Shown here piece after piece: positions 1 through 9,136 of a stretch of 64,000 nucleotides of DNA. A program made the position numbers and the translations under genes. Position 1 is the stretch's first letter. Each line of letters begins with the position of its first letter. The stretch is from Candidatus Latescibacterota bacterium. GTDB taxonomy: Bacteria > Latescibacterota > UBA2968 > GCA-2709665. The DNA lies in assembly GCA_965226795.1 (NCBI GenBank), contig CBDDDZ010000005.1, positions 1,677,257 to 1,741,256 of the forward strand, given 5' to 3'. The notes beneath the pieces are model-generated. The model was not told where the DNA came from and made no database searches. It was given only the letters and a program-made list of their open reading frames with translations.

Positions 1-2348
1 TCCGTACCAAACGCCCCGGCGAAGGCAATGAAATCGGCGAAATTGACGGCGCCGTCGTTGTCGAAATCCCCCTTCAACGTCTTGCTAACGGTCCATTTCC
101 GTTCAACCGACTTCTGGCCTGCGGACACGAGGACGGCGACCTCCTCATCCGCGTCGGTGGTGGAAACCGCGACGAGGAGAGACGAGCCCTTCTCATTTAC
201 GGGAACGCCGTTGACCGACCAGGCGTAACTCAACACATCCCCGTCCGGGTCCTGAGCCTTCACCGAAAACCGAATCGTTTCCCCCGGTGCGCCGAATACC
301 AGCCCGTGATGTGGATCGACTTCCCGAATCACGGGCGGCCGGTCGACATTCGTCACACGGATGCTCACCCTGACCCGTACCAGGTTTGTACCGTCGCTGA
401 CCTGGAATTGTACATCGTAGTTGCGGCCGCCCTGATCGTATCGAGGCGTCCAGATGAAGTGGTTCTGATTCAGCTTCGCACCATCCGGCAGGTTTGCAGC
501 AGTAAAGACAAGATCGTCGCCATCTTCGTCCTCTGCATTTATGGATATTGCCAGTGGCTGCCCTTCTCCAATTGTGGTATCGGCAATCCCTTCGACCACC
601 GGCGGCAGGTTCCCCGATACGGTCTCACCGAAGACCACCCAGGCGACCGAAGGCGTCGTGCCTGTCGCCGTGGCGGACACCTCCACAACTGTCGTTCCGT
701 CTCCCACCGCCCGGATTTCGATCGAATCCGCCTCCGTTGTAAAGGACGAGAGGTCGACATGCCCTGGCACGGCGATGGCCATGTCGCCGCTGGCGCGCGC
801 AACAGTCCACGTGACCGGACTGCCGGCAGCCCCGCCGGCACGCGCGGTCGCCCGGTCTGCGTGTACGCCAAGTCGTATGAAGGGACCCCGGCTGTCGTTC
901 ACCGACAGTCGTAGCGGTCTGGTCTTTCCATCCACCGATTCCACTGTCGAAATCCTATAGTCGTAGTCGAAATCCTGCCCTTCCAGGGCGTCTGAGATGG
1001 TCATAAACACGATATTATCGTATTGACCCGCGTTCGGGATATCCACACTGGAACCCGGCGTGCGCAGCAGACCAACCCCATTGGTATCGATTAGCATTGC
1101 CCAGAGCTGCCAGCTTCCCTCGCCGGCCAGGGCAAAATCGGCTCGCAGGCCGCCCTGAAGCCCCTTCGTCAACACCTGAATGTAGTCCGATGCCAGATGA
1201 TCCACCATCCCCGAACCGGATTCCTGGCCGCCCGCTGTCGGTGCGACTGTTCTGACCGAAGCCGCGGGCTGATAAAATACGCCCTCGTCGTAAAACCCGT
1301 CCCGGTATCGGTTTCCCGTGAAATAGTTCCAGGTGACGTAACCGGGCAGCGTCCCCGAAAAGCCGCCGGTTGGCATTGTCGGATCCAGTTTCTCGATACC
1401 GTACAAAGTGGAATTCCGTTCGCCCAGCCCCTCCCACGTCTCCCGGATAGTGCTTCTTCCAAAGGCCTGATCCAGGAAATGGACGTACACGCACGCTCCG
1501 TACTGATGCTCGTCTTGCAAGCTGGGCTGCGAGTCCAAGGCAACGGTGGGCGAATCCAGAACGAACCGGGTGTATTGGAAATAATCGTTCACATCGTCGT
1601 ACGCCACATCTTCCATCCAGGTCGCCGTGGCTTCATGCCACCAGGTTAAACTCTGGGCATTGTAAGCAAACTGGATCGCGTGGAAAAACTCGTGCGCGAC
1701 GGTCACGCGAAGCCCATCCAGCCCTCGGGTTGCGTAAATTCGATCCGTGAAGTTGTTGTCGACCGTTATATAGGCGGCCGTCACGGGATCCTCGAGACTG
1801 TTGGGCCAGGTCTGCCCGTACACACTTCTAGCGCCCAGCTGCTGAATATAGACATCGAACAGACCGTCGCCGTCATCCAGCGGCACACGGTAACCGAGGT
1901 CGCCGGTCTGCAGCGCCCAGACGGCATCGAACGTGCCAGCTACCTCCTCCACGTAATCCGGAACCCGATTCCGGTCGGCGTCGGCCGGCGCCACAGCATG
2001 CGGTCCCCGCGAGTCGTAGTGGACGCGGAAATTTCCACCGGGAGAGATAACGCTGTCCTGCATCGCGGGTCTTTGAAACAAATGAGCGAACGTCTGTTGT
2101 GTCTTCTTGCTCAACCTGGGCCACTGGGTGGCCAGGCTCATGATGACCGGTGTTCCACAAACCGCGCGGTCGTGGATATAGGGACTGTCCGCCGGAAGCA
2201 GATCAGATCTGAATATCGCGGCCGCCCGGTAAAAGAGCTCGGCCTCCAATTCACGCGGCAACGGAGACAGATCGGGCGGCGCCTCGGCGTATGCCTCGAC
2301 CCCGCCCATGAGGATTGTGAATATGAAGAAACGAGTTGGCAAAGTCAT
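1..2348 (-). CDS. Secreted zinc-metalloprotease-like protein (HExxH), Ig-like/cadherin-like repeats and dockerin-like Ca-binding repeat; partial, C-terminus beyond window start
   Basis: My own reverse-strand translation from the ATG at 2348 is open all the way to position 1. It is absent from the ORF track because there is no stop inside the window. The N-terminus MTLPTRFFIFTILMGGVEAYA looks like a signal peptide. It carries an HEFFHAIQ (HExxH) motif. Repeats such as VEGIADTTIGEGQPLAISINAEDEDGDDLVFTAANLPDG resemble the putative-Ig domain. The C-terminal GDFDNDGAVNFADF is dockerin/EF-hand-like. Confidence 0.7.
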   Translation of the reverse strand, partial: MTLPTRFFIFTILMGGVEAYAEAPPDLSPLPRELEAELFYRAAAIFRSDLLPADSPYIHDRAVCGTPVIMSLATQWPRLSKKTQQTFAHLFQRPAMQDSVISPGGNFRVHYDSRGPHAVAPADADRNRVPDYVEEVAGTFDAVWALQTGDLGYRVPLDDGDGLFDVYIQQLGARSVYGQTWPNSLEDPVTAAYITVDNNFTDRIYATRGLDGLRVTVAHEFFHAIQFAYNAQSLTWWHEATATWMEDVAYDDVNDYFQYTRFVLDSPTVALDSQPSLQDEHQYGACVYVHFLDQAFGRSTIRETWEGLGERNSTLYGIEKLDPTMPTGGFSGTLPGYVTWNYFTGNRYRDGFYDEGVFYQPAASVRTVAPTAGGQESGSGMVDHLASDYIQVLTKGLQGGLRADFALAGEGSWQLWAMLIDTNGVGLLRTPGSSVDIPNAGQYDNIVFMTISDALEGQDFDYDYRISTVESVDGKTRPLRLSVNDSRGPFIRLGVHADRATARAGGAAGSPVTWTVARASGDMAIAVPGHVDLSSFTTEADSIEIRAVGDGTTVVEVSATATGTTPSVAWVVFGETVSGNLPPVVEGIADTTIGEGQPLAISINAEDEDGDDLVFTAANLPDGAKLNQNHFIWTPRYDQGGRNYDVQFQVSDGTNLVRVRVSIRVTNVDRPPVIREVDPHHGLVFGAPGETIRFSVKAQDPDGDVLSYAWSVNGVPVNEKGSSLLVAVSTTDADEEVAVLVSAGQKSVERKWTVSKTLKGDFDNDGAVNFADFIAFAGAFGT

Positions 2349-2418
2349 AATTAATTCGCCCTTTACCCACCGGCACACCGACACATAACGACACAGCGAC
2401 GGCGGTGTAATCGGGGAA

Positions 2419-3096
2419 TCACGTACCCTGTTCCGTGACGGTCACGTAAATGCTATCCGACACGCTGACGCCCACCACGTGTTGCGTGTTGCCTTCCGTT
2501 GCAATGGTCATCGGGCCGTCAAACGGCGCTTTCTCCTGAACGACCAGCGTCACGCCCGGCCGTAGTCCCAGCGCGCCCAAATACCTGAGCATTTCAGGGC
2601 TCTGGTCGTTCACCTGAACAATCACCACCGTTTCTCTGGGCTTCACCTCGGTCAGACGCACGCAATCCGTAGCTTCAATATTTCCATCTTTCGTCGGAAT
2701 TGGCGCACCGTGCGGATCGGTGGTGGGATGCCCTAGTACTCTGTCGATCTTGTCCTCGAATTCTTCCGAAATCACATGCTCCAGTCTGTCTGCCTCAGCG
2801 TCGACTTCATCCCAGTCGTAGCCCAATGCGTCGGCGAGGTACAGTTCGAGAAGTCGGTGATGCCTCAAGACTTCCAGGGCAACGGCTTCTCCGGCTGGCG
2901 TGAGTTCGACACCCTGGTAGGGCGTGTGCTGAACCAGGTTCATTTCGGCAAGCTTCTTAACCATATTTGTCACGGAAGCTGCTGCGACCTCCATCTGCTC
3001 CGCAACCAGCGATGTATTCACGGTAGCCCGTGGCTCAAGCCCGTACTGCAACTTGTAGATGGACTTAAGATATTCCTGTGCGGCCTGACTAAGCAT
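2419..3096 (-). CDS. DtxR/MntR-family metal-dependent transcriptional repressor with C-terminal SH3-like (FeoA-like) domain
   Basis: Internal ATG at 3096 (MLSQAAQEYLKSIYKL). Motifs RHHRLLELYL, EADRLEHVISEE and DPHGAPIP match the DtxR HTH, metal-site and dimerisation regions. The C-terminal beta-rich domain is FeoA/SH3-like. Confidence 0.8.
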   Translation of the reverse strand: MLSQAAQEYLKSIYKLQYGLEPRATVNTSLVAEQMEVAAASVTNMVKKLAEMNLVQHTPYQGVELTPAGEAVALEVLRHHRLLELYLADALGYDWDEVDAEADRLEHVISEEFEDKIDRVLGHPTTDPHGAPIPTKDGNIEATDCVRLTEVKPRETVVIVQVNDQSPEMLRYLGALGLRPGVTLVVQEKAPFDGPMTIATEGNTQHVVGVSVSDSIYVTVTEQGT

Positions 3097-3208
3097 GTGT
3101 TTCCTTTGGCTGGTGATCCTACGCGGATAACTGGAATCGAGCGGCAACACGGGCAACGACATCAAAGCACCACGTTGCGCAGAAAACCAAACGAGTCCTG
3201 AACTGCCC

Positions 3209-4645
3209 TCACGCGGAAACCAACCGCCATATCTGCGCCACGAGAAAGCAAAACAGGAAACCCATTGCAACGGGAAGAAGCGACGAAACCAACGTCCATT
3301 TAGCGCTTCTGGTTTCCTTCCAGATTGTATATATCGTGGTCGAACAAGGGTTATGCACCAGACTGAACAACATCAAATTGACCGCGGTGAGCAGATTCCA
3401 TCCGCCGGAGTCGAAGATCTGGGCGACCGCCGCGTCGGAATCCAGTTCAAACATCACGCCGGCGCCTTCACCCAGCCCGGTCAATCCGGCGCTCAATACC
3501 GTCAACATCAGAATGGTGGGAATCACGATTTCGTTCGCCGGGATTGCAATTACGTAGGCCAGCAGAATCACGCCGTTTAGTCCAACAACCAGACCAAAGG
3601 GCTGGCTCCAGTTGATAAAATGCTCCGCCAGGCTGAGCCGTCCAATAAGGATATTGGAACTCAGCCAGATCACGGCGCCGGCGGGAATTGCGAAGATCAA
3701 GGCACGCCAGAGCACAATCAGGGTTCTGTCGATGATGGATGTATAAACGGTCTGCAACACGCGGGGCGGCCGATACGGTGGGAGTTCCAGGCTGAACGCG
3801 GATGCTTCTCCCCGCAGAACCGAGCGGGAAAGCCCCCACGAGACAACAAACGTGAGCATTATGCCAAGAACCGCAACGCCCACGACTGCTCCGGCCGAAA
3901 CCAATCCCGCGAAATGAGCCGGCGCCAAACCGCCTATAAATATCGTGGCCACCAATATCTGGGTGGGCCACCGTCCGTTACAAAGTGAGAAGTTGTTGGT
4001 TATGATTGCAATCAGGCGTTCTCTGGGACTATCGATGACCCGGGTGGACACAATCGCCGCCGCATTGCAGCCGAATCCCATACTCATCGTCAACGCCTGT
4101 TTTCCATGTGCGCCTGCTCTTTTGAACCACTGGTCCAGATTGAACGCGACCCTGGGCAAATAACCGAAGTCCTCCAGAAGCGTAAACAACGGAAAGAAAA
4201 TCGCCATGGGCGGTAACATGACGCTCACTACCCATGCCATTGCCAGGTACATGCCATCCATCAGAAGGCCATTGAGCCACCACGGCATTCCAATTGCCGC
4301 GGCCATCGATTTCAACATCGGGTGAATGGTGTCTACCAATAGGTCCGCCAGCAACGCGGACGGTACGTTTGCGCCTTCAATGGTAAGCCAGAATATCAGT
4401 GTCAGGATGGCCAACATCATGGGGAAACCCAGCCAGCGGCTGGTTACCAGACGGTCGATCGTCCGGTCCAGATCGAACCGTGCCGCATCTCCGGTTCTGG
4501 TGACGGCGCGGTCGGCAATTTGGGCAGCGTTGGCATACATCGTCTCCATTAAGGAATCATGGAAATTGGACCCCGCTTCCCATCGCAGTTTTGCGGCCAA
4601 TCGAATCAACTCCTCGGGGCGCTGATCTGCCGTTGGATCGTTCAT
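3209..4645 (-). CDS. feoB: FeoB membrane (permease) domain encoded as a separate cistron
   Basis: The ATG at 4645 ([20 protein letters not shown]) overlaps the upstream stop as ATGA, with an AGGGAGG SD 8 nt upstream. The downstream sequence ([22 protein letters not shown] and many TM segments) aligns with the membrane domain of the intact FeoB at 10109..12343. Confidence 0.75.
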   Translation of the reverse strand: MNDPTADQRPEELIRLAAKLRWEAGSNFHDSLMETMYANAAQIADRAVTRTGDAARFDLDRTIDRLVTSRWLGFPMMLAILTLIFWLTIEGANVPSALLADLLVDTIHPMLKSMAAAIGMPWWLNGLLMDGMYLAMAWVVSVMLPPMAIFFPLFTLLEDFGYLPRVAFNLDQWFKRAGAHGKQALTMSMGFGCNAAAIVSTRVIDSPRERLIAIITNNFSLCNGRWPTQILVATIFIGGLAPAHFAGLVSAGAVVGVAVLGIMLTFVVSWGLSRSVLRGEASAFSLELPPYRPPRVLQTVYTSIIDRTLIVLWRALIFAIPAGAVIWLSSNILIGRLSLAEHFINWSQPFGLVVGLNGVILLAYVIAIPANEIVIPTILMLTVLSAGLTGLGEGAGVMFELDSDAAVAQIFDSGGWNLLTAVNLMLFSLVHNPCSTTIYTIWKETRSAKWTLVSSLLPVAMGFLFCFLVAQIWRLVSA

Positions 4646-5451
4646 GCGATCGCCCTCCCTTCGTGCCCGGGGATTCGGTTCAGATCTCCCAGTTCTCCTG
4701 AACAAACCGCCTCTATGATTCGCGTGTCGCCGTCGAGCAGCCGAAGCGCCACCCAGCGGGCATTCGGGACGTTGGGAAATGCCGCCTCCAGCTGCGCCAC
4801 GAGCATGCCGACGGCCTGCTTCAGCGCCGGCGGCTCGTTGCGGATGCGCTGCGACCTGCAGACCGTCCGGCCAGTAGCCACGTCACTCAATACTCGGGTC
4901 AACTCTGGAATGCCCTCGCCGCGGCGGGCCGCCGATGGTACCACAGGGACGCCAAGATCCCGTGCCAGTCGTCGTTCATCCACGGAAAGCCCATGACGTT
5001 TGGCCTCGTCCATCAGATTCAGACAAACCACCGCCCGGTCGGTTATCTCCAGTACCTGCAGGACGAGGTTCAGATTCCGCTCCAGACGCGCGGCGTCGAC
5101 CACGACCACCGTGACGTCCGGCCGGCCGAAAAGGATAAAATCCCGCGCCACCTCTTCGTCCAGACTGGTGGACAAAAGAGAATACGTTCCCGGAAGATCC
5201 ACGAGCTTGTACCGATGGCCGTCGAATGCGAAACCGCCTTCCGCCCGCGCCACGGTCTTGCCCGGCCAGTTTCCGGTATGCTGCCGTAATCCCGTCAGGG
5301 CATTGAATACCGTACTTTTGCCTGTATTCGGATTTCCGGCCAGCGCCACCACAAAGTCCCAGTTTGCCATATTCACGCCGAGTTTGATCAGGTTGTCCGA
5401 ATGATGGGAAGGACAAGCGTCGCAACCTCCGGCGGATGTCTGTGTTTCCAT
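4642..5451 (-). CDS. feoB: FeoB N-terminal GTPase + GDI helical domain (NFeoB) as a separate cistron
   Basis: G1 motif [13 protein letters not shown]-domain motifs and the GDI-like [17 protein letters not shown] segment are present. The likely start is the ATG at 5451 (METQT) with an AAGGA SD. The ORF ends with TGA at 4642-4644, overlapping the next ATG. Confidence 0.8.
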   Translation of the reverse strand: METQTSAGGCDACPSHHSDNLIKLGVNMANWDFVVALAGNPNTGKSTVFNALTGLRQHTGNWPGKTVARAEGGFAFDGHRYKLVDLPGTYSLLSTSLDEEVARDFILFGRPDVTVVVVDAARLERNLNLVLQVLEITDRAVVCLNLMDEAKRHGLSVDERRLARDLGVPVVPSAARRGEGIPELTRVLSDVATGRTVCRSQRIRNEPPALKQAVGMLVAQLEAAFPNVPNARWVALRLLDGDTRIIEAVCSGELGDLNRIPGHEGRAIA

Positions 5452-5503
5452 TTTAGATCCTTTGTCCAATCCTGCGTGTGAGAGAAAAGGAGGTGACTGC
5501 CCA

Positions 5504-6529
5504 TCACTCCCCGAGTTGAACTTGAATCTGGACCTGACTTGCCTGTTCCCTTCGAAGCGCAATGGTGGAACCGCGTATCCGATATGCGGTGGGATCGCCT
5601 GAAGGGCTGCGCATCTCCACCTCGATAAGGGTACCTGGCAGGATGCCCAGATCCATCAGCCGGCGCCGTTCCAGACCGCGGCAGGATCTGGAGAGCTGCA
5701 CGACCCGGCCAATTTCGCCCTGTTTGAGTCCGGACAGCATTTCGTCGGACGCTTCGGCCACCGATCCGTTGGATACTGCCGCGACCGAAATATGGTCGGC
5801 CAGCAACGGGGCGAGTACATGATCTTCTCCATCCGCCCAGAAACGCACACGTTGCGGAAGGACCTCGATCAGCTCGATCCGCATCCCCACGTGGAGACCT
5901 TCCGCCGCCAACTGCGCATAAACCGGCTCCGGCTCGTCTTCAATATGCACAATTACCGCGGCAACACCAGCCGGGTGATCCGTGAGATGCGTTCCCCGTC
6001 TGGGCGCGATATCTCCGGCCTCGGTGGGTATTGGATCCCCGTGCGGGTCGTAAACGGGATACCCCATCTGCCGGTCCAGCAGTTCCACCTCCTCGGAAGA
6101 CATATCGTGCTCCCGACGTTCCGCCTCGCTGTGCCACTCCGCCTCCGCCACACCGGTCTCTTCGGCCAGATAGTGCTCCCAAAGCCGGTGAAATCTCAGT
6201 ATGCGAAGCGCGTAATCCCGGCCCTGCATTGTAAGTCTGACGCTGCCCCCGTCGGAAGCTGTCAGTCCACGAACACCCGCACGTACCAGCAAGTCAGACG
6301 CGCGGCTGCGTGGAATCCCCAGCGCCCCCGAAAGGCTTTCCACCGTTGCGACCTGTTGTTGATATTCGCAGTTATAGATATGCTTGAGCAGATCTTCCGT
6401 CAGCACGCGTTCGGTCAGTCGTCGGGCTTGCCGCCAGCGCCAGAAATAACCCGAGTCCGGCCGGAACAGAAGCCACACAATTGCCAGAATCACGCCTGTG
6501 CCGAGCAGCGCCTGAAAGGGTTCAATCAT
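5504..6529 (-). CDS. Membrane-anchored DtxR-like metal sensor fused to two FeoA domains
   Basis: N-terminal hydrophobic helix ALLGTGVILAIVWLLF followed by RWRQARR. DtxR-like core: RFHRLWEHYL, HSEAERREHDMSSEEVELL, DPHGDPIP. Two C-terminal FeoA/SH3 modules follow (..GMRIELIEV.. and GEIGRVVQLS...IEVEMRSPSGDPTAYRIRGSTIALRREQA). An AAGGAAAG SD precedes the ATG at 6529. Confidence 0.7.
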   Translation of the reverse strand: MIEPFQALLGTGVILAIVWLLFRPDSGYFWRWRQARRLTERVLTEDLLKHIYNCEYQQQVATVESLSGALGIPRSRASDLLVRAGVRGLTASDGGSVRLTMQGRDYALRILRFHRLWEHYLAEETGVAEAEWHSEAERREHDMSSEEVELLDRQMGYPVYDPHGDPIPTEAGDIAPRRGTHLTDHPAGVAAVIVHIEDEPEPVYAQLAAEGLHVGMRIELIEVLPQRVRFWADGEDHVLAPLLADHISVAAVSNGSVAEASDEMLSGLKQGEIGRVVQLSRSCRGLERRRLMDLGILPGTLIEVEMRSPSGDPTAYRIRGSTIALRREQASQVQIQVQLGE

Positions 6530-6569
6530 TTCACTTTCCTTTCACCAAGCCTGGTTTCATAAAGAAAAA

Positions 6570-6579
6570 TAATTAATTA
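6570..6579. promoter_or_regulatory. Perfect 10-bp AT palindrome TAATTAATTA between promoter -10 and start codon (candidate operator)
   Basis: Seen directly. It lies about 10-25 nt downstream of the predicted -10 in the leader of the DtxR-FeoA/feoB operon. No match to a named metalloregulator box is claimed. Confidence 0.25.
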
Positions 6580-6589
6580 GCCGCATCTA

Positions 6590-6618
6590 AATATAAAATA
6601 ACAAACCGGCATTGTCAA
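6590..6618 (-). promoter_or_regulatory. Near-consensus sigma70-type promoter (TTGACA-17-TATATT) for the feo system A operon
   Basis: On the minus strand, TTGACA (6618..6613), a 17-nt spacer and TATATT (6595..6590), about 60 nt upstream of the 6529 start codon. Confidence 0.5.
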
Positions 6619-7003
6619 GTAACAACGTCTCTGGCAGAGCCGGTGTTACCAAAACAAACGTCTCGGAAAGACCCGCATATTACTCACCGGACGTTGTTTG
6701 CGTACATCGACGCTTCACCTCCGGGCTGAAACAGAAAAGTCGCCTGACCTACCGGAGCCGGGCGATTTCGTCAAGAAATACGGCGCGTTTTGCCGATGAC
6801 GCTTGAATTCCGACGTACCGACCCTGGGCGATGTGTTGTCATCGCGCCAAAAAGGGTCAAGTTCCCTGGCTTAAATGGACACGACACGCGGATCACGACA
6901 TGAACCGGGCATCCTCCCTCCGGCAGACGTTATACGCACTCGGATAACAACCGGAGTGGAAATTCCATCGACCCACTTGGTGATCCGACGACGCCTTCTA
7001 CCG

Positions 7004-7480
7004 TTACCGATCCACAGTTTCCTTCTCGTATTCCCTTTCGCCGAAGAACCGCAGCACTTCCATGAACCGATCGGGCGTATGAAATCCCGGCATCTTGTAA
7101 AGCAGTGTTCCGTCCGGCTCCAGGAACAACACCGTGGGAAACGCACTTACGTTATAAATTCTTGCCAGATCCGCGTAACTCAGATCGTGACCGATAAACG
7201 ACAGTCGCGACCCGGTATCTTCGGCATCCAACTTGATGGGTATGAATTTCGATGCCAGGTACTTGCGGATTTCCTGCCTTGAAAACACCTGACGATCCTG
7301 CCTTTCGCACCACCCGCACCATGTGGTATAGACACCAACCATAATCAGCTTCTGACCACCCGCCGCCTTCCGGATCCCATCTCTGGCATTGTACCACCTG
7401 AATGATTCTTCCTGCTTCGCCGCAGCGAGTCCGGCAAACAGGAACACACACCATAGAGTCAATTTGACGACTCGTATCAT
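7004..7480 (-). CDS. Secreted thioredoxin-fold protein (WCGWC active-site motif)
   Basis: N-terminal signal-like segment LTLWCVFLFAGLAAA. The active-site-like motif TTWCGWCERQ sits in a roughly 120-aa thioredoxin-like fold. Confidence 0.65.
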   Translation of the reverse strand: MIRVVKLTLWCVFLFAGLAAAKQEESFRWYNARDGIRKAAGGQKLIMVGVYTTWCGWCERQDRQVFSRQEIRKYLASKFIPIKLDAEDTGSRLSFIGHDLSYADLARIYNVSAFPTVLFLEPDGTLLYKMPGFHTPDRFMEVLRFFGEREYEKETVDR

Positions 7481-7858
7481 ACCGAAAACTCCCTCGGGCG
7501 GACCACATTGGGCCGTCTATAGTCCCTTTCCGCGAAATCGAGATTCAATTCCTTTACATTCATCAATGGCCGTCAAGTTACCCATTTCGTATTCCCCGGG
7601 CAACGTCGAATTCTTCCGGTGTTGCCGGCTGGCAAGACTAAAAATACGTTGCGTATACCCGACGATGGTCAGATATTCCCATAAAATCGCCGGTCCATCT
7701 CACCCCTGGGGCCGCCAAGGTGCAGTTCCAGACTGTGTCGGCCACGGGATAGCGAATCCGCCGATTCGTCCGCAAAGGAGTGAACGCGACGCATACCTGA
7801 ATCCCGACGCGGAAACCCTCACAGATCAGCCAGGCCACAATAACCCGAGGTTACGTCC

Positions 7859-8965
7859 ATGAAACAGATCAGGTCCGGCATCTTCATCATGCCGTTCCAC
7901 CCGCCGGGCAAAACACTCAGCCAATGCCATGATGAAGACATGGAACTTGTTATTCGCGCCGACGAATTGGGGATCGACGAATTCTGGATCGGCGAGCATC
8001 ACACCATGGTCTACGAAAACGTCGCGATGCCCGAGATATTCATCGGGGCGGCATTGCGCGAAACCAGAGATATTCGGCTGGGTCCCGCGCCGGTGTGTCT
8101 GCAGCAACACCACCCGGCACTCGTTGCAACCCGGCTGTCTTTCCTGGATCACCTGTCCAAAGGGCGGCTCAACCTTTGCTTTGGACCCGGGAGCGTACCG
8201 ACCGACATGGAGATCCTCGGTGTCGACCCGCAGGACAGCGCAGCGATGGTCGCCGAGTCCATCGAAATGATTCTGACACTATGGTTGACTGACCCGCCTT
8301 ACGATATCAAGGGCCGGTTCTGGCAGATCAGGATGGATCGCACCATCGACCCGGAGGTCGGCCTCGGAGTAATCCACAAGCCCTTCCAACAACCACATCC
8401 GCCTGTCTCGATGCCCATCTCCTCGATGAACTCGGCAACGGCCCGGGAGGCGGGAAGGCGCGGCTTTCAGCCGTTCGGCCACAGCCTGATTCCATCCAAC
8501 GTATTGGCGAACATCTGGACGACCTATGAGCAGGCCGCATTGGCGGCGGGCCACCGGCCCGACCGGTCGGACTACAAGATCGCTCGGGCGATTTTCCTGG
8601 CTGACACCACCGAAGAGGCCCTCAGGCGCGCAAAGTCAAACACGGTCGCAGCCAATTTCGAATACATCGGTACCCTGCTCAAACGCGGTGGCCGTGGCAT
8701 TGGCATGTTTAAACGCGACCCGGATATGCCCGACGCGGATTGCGATTTGGATTACCTGATGGGTGAGCAGATCATCGCGGGAGATGTGGACACGGTGCTC
8801 GAACGTCTCGAGACCATACGGGCTGAAGTAGGTGACTTCGGCACGCTTGTCATGATGTCTTACGATTGGGACGACAAGGATAGCTGGCTGCGCAGCCTGG
8901 AACTCTTCGCCAGAGAATTGATGCCGGCATTGAACCGGGTGCCGCCCACCGAGCAGGTGGCTTGA
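7859..8965 (+). CDS. LLM-class (luciferase-like) flavin-dependent oxidoreductase
   Basis: EFWIGEHHT and the TIM-barrel LLM architecture, about 368 aa. GAGG lies 10 nt upstream of the ATG at 7859. Confidence 0.75.
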   Translation: MKQIRSGIFIMPFHPPGKTLSQCHDEDMELVIRADELGIDEFWIGEHHTMVYENVAMPEIFIGAALRETRDIRLGPAPVCLQQHHPALVATRLSFLDHLSKGRLNLCFGPGSVPTDMEILGVDPQDSAAMVAESIEMILTLWLTDPPYDIKGRFWQIRMDRTIDPEVGLGVIHKPFQQPHPPVSMPISSMNSATAREAGRRGFQPFGHSLIPSNVLANIWTTYEQAALAAGHRPDRSDYKIARAIFLADTTEEALRRAKSNTVAANFEYIGTLLKRGGRGIGMFKRDPDMPDADCDLDYLMGEQIIAGDVDTVLERLETIRAEVGDFGTLVMMSYDWDDKDSWLRSLELFARELMPALNRVPPTEQVA

Positions 8966-9064
8966 TCTCCAACCCTTTTCGGCGGGACGGTTTTTCACCG
9001 GTGTCAGGTCTCCAACCCCGGGGCGCGAGCGATGCCTGCACCGTCCAGACTGCTTGATCTCGTT

Positions 9065-9099
9065 AAAAAAGGCGATGCCGGGAACGGCATCGCCTTTTT
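9065..9099. terminator. Bidirectional rho-independent terminator
   Basis: An A-run (9065-9070), the stem GGCGATGCCG (9071-9080), a GGAA loop, the stem CGGCATCGCC (9085-9094) and TTTTT (9095-9099). It sits between convergent genes ending at 8965 (+) and 9137 (-). Confidence 0.6.
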
Positions 9100-9136
9100 C
9101 TGCGCAGAGCTCGCATTGAAATTTCAGGCCAGCAGT

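Noticed and set aside
306-2354. Many overlapping 60-220-aa ORFs on both strands (306..914, 541..960, 1015..1494, 1197..1649, 1680..2354, etc.)
   Set aside because: They are shadow ORFs inside the long metalloprotease gene (minus strand, 2348..1), which translates cleanly. This is typical of high-GC DNA. The same applies to 10422..11420, 17836..18498, 31458..32306, 39089..39763 and 53623..54234 versus feoB, gluconolactonase, clpB, amidohydrolase and mreB.
4642-4705. The feoB G-domain/permease ORF overlap interpreted as a frameshift sequencing error or pseudogene
   Set aside because: The junction forms a canonical ATGA stop/start overlap with a strong AGGGAGG SD at ideal spacing, and both parts are otherwise intact. 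The 64-nt overlap only arises because the ORF caller extended the second ORF to an upstream TTG. A sequencing error cannot be excluded without reads.
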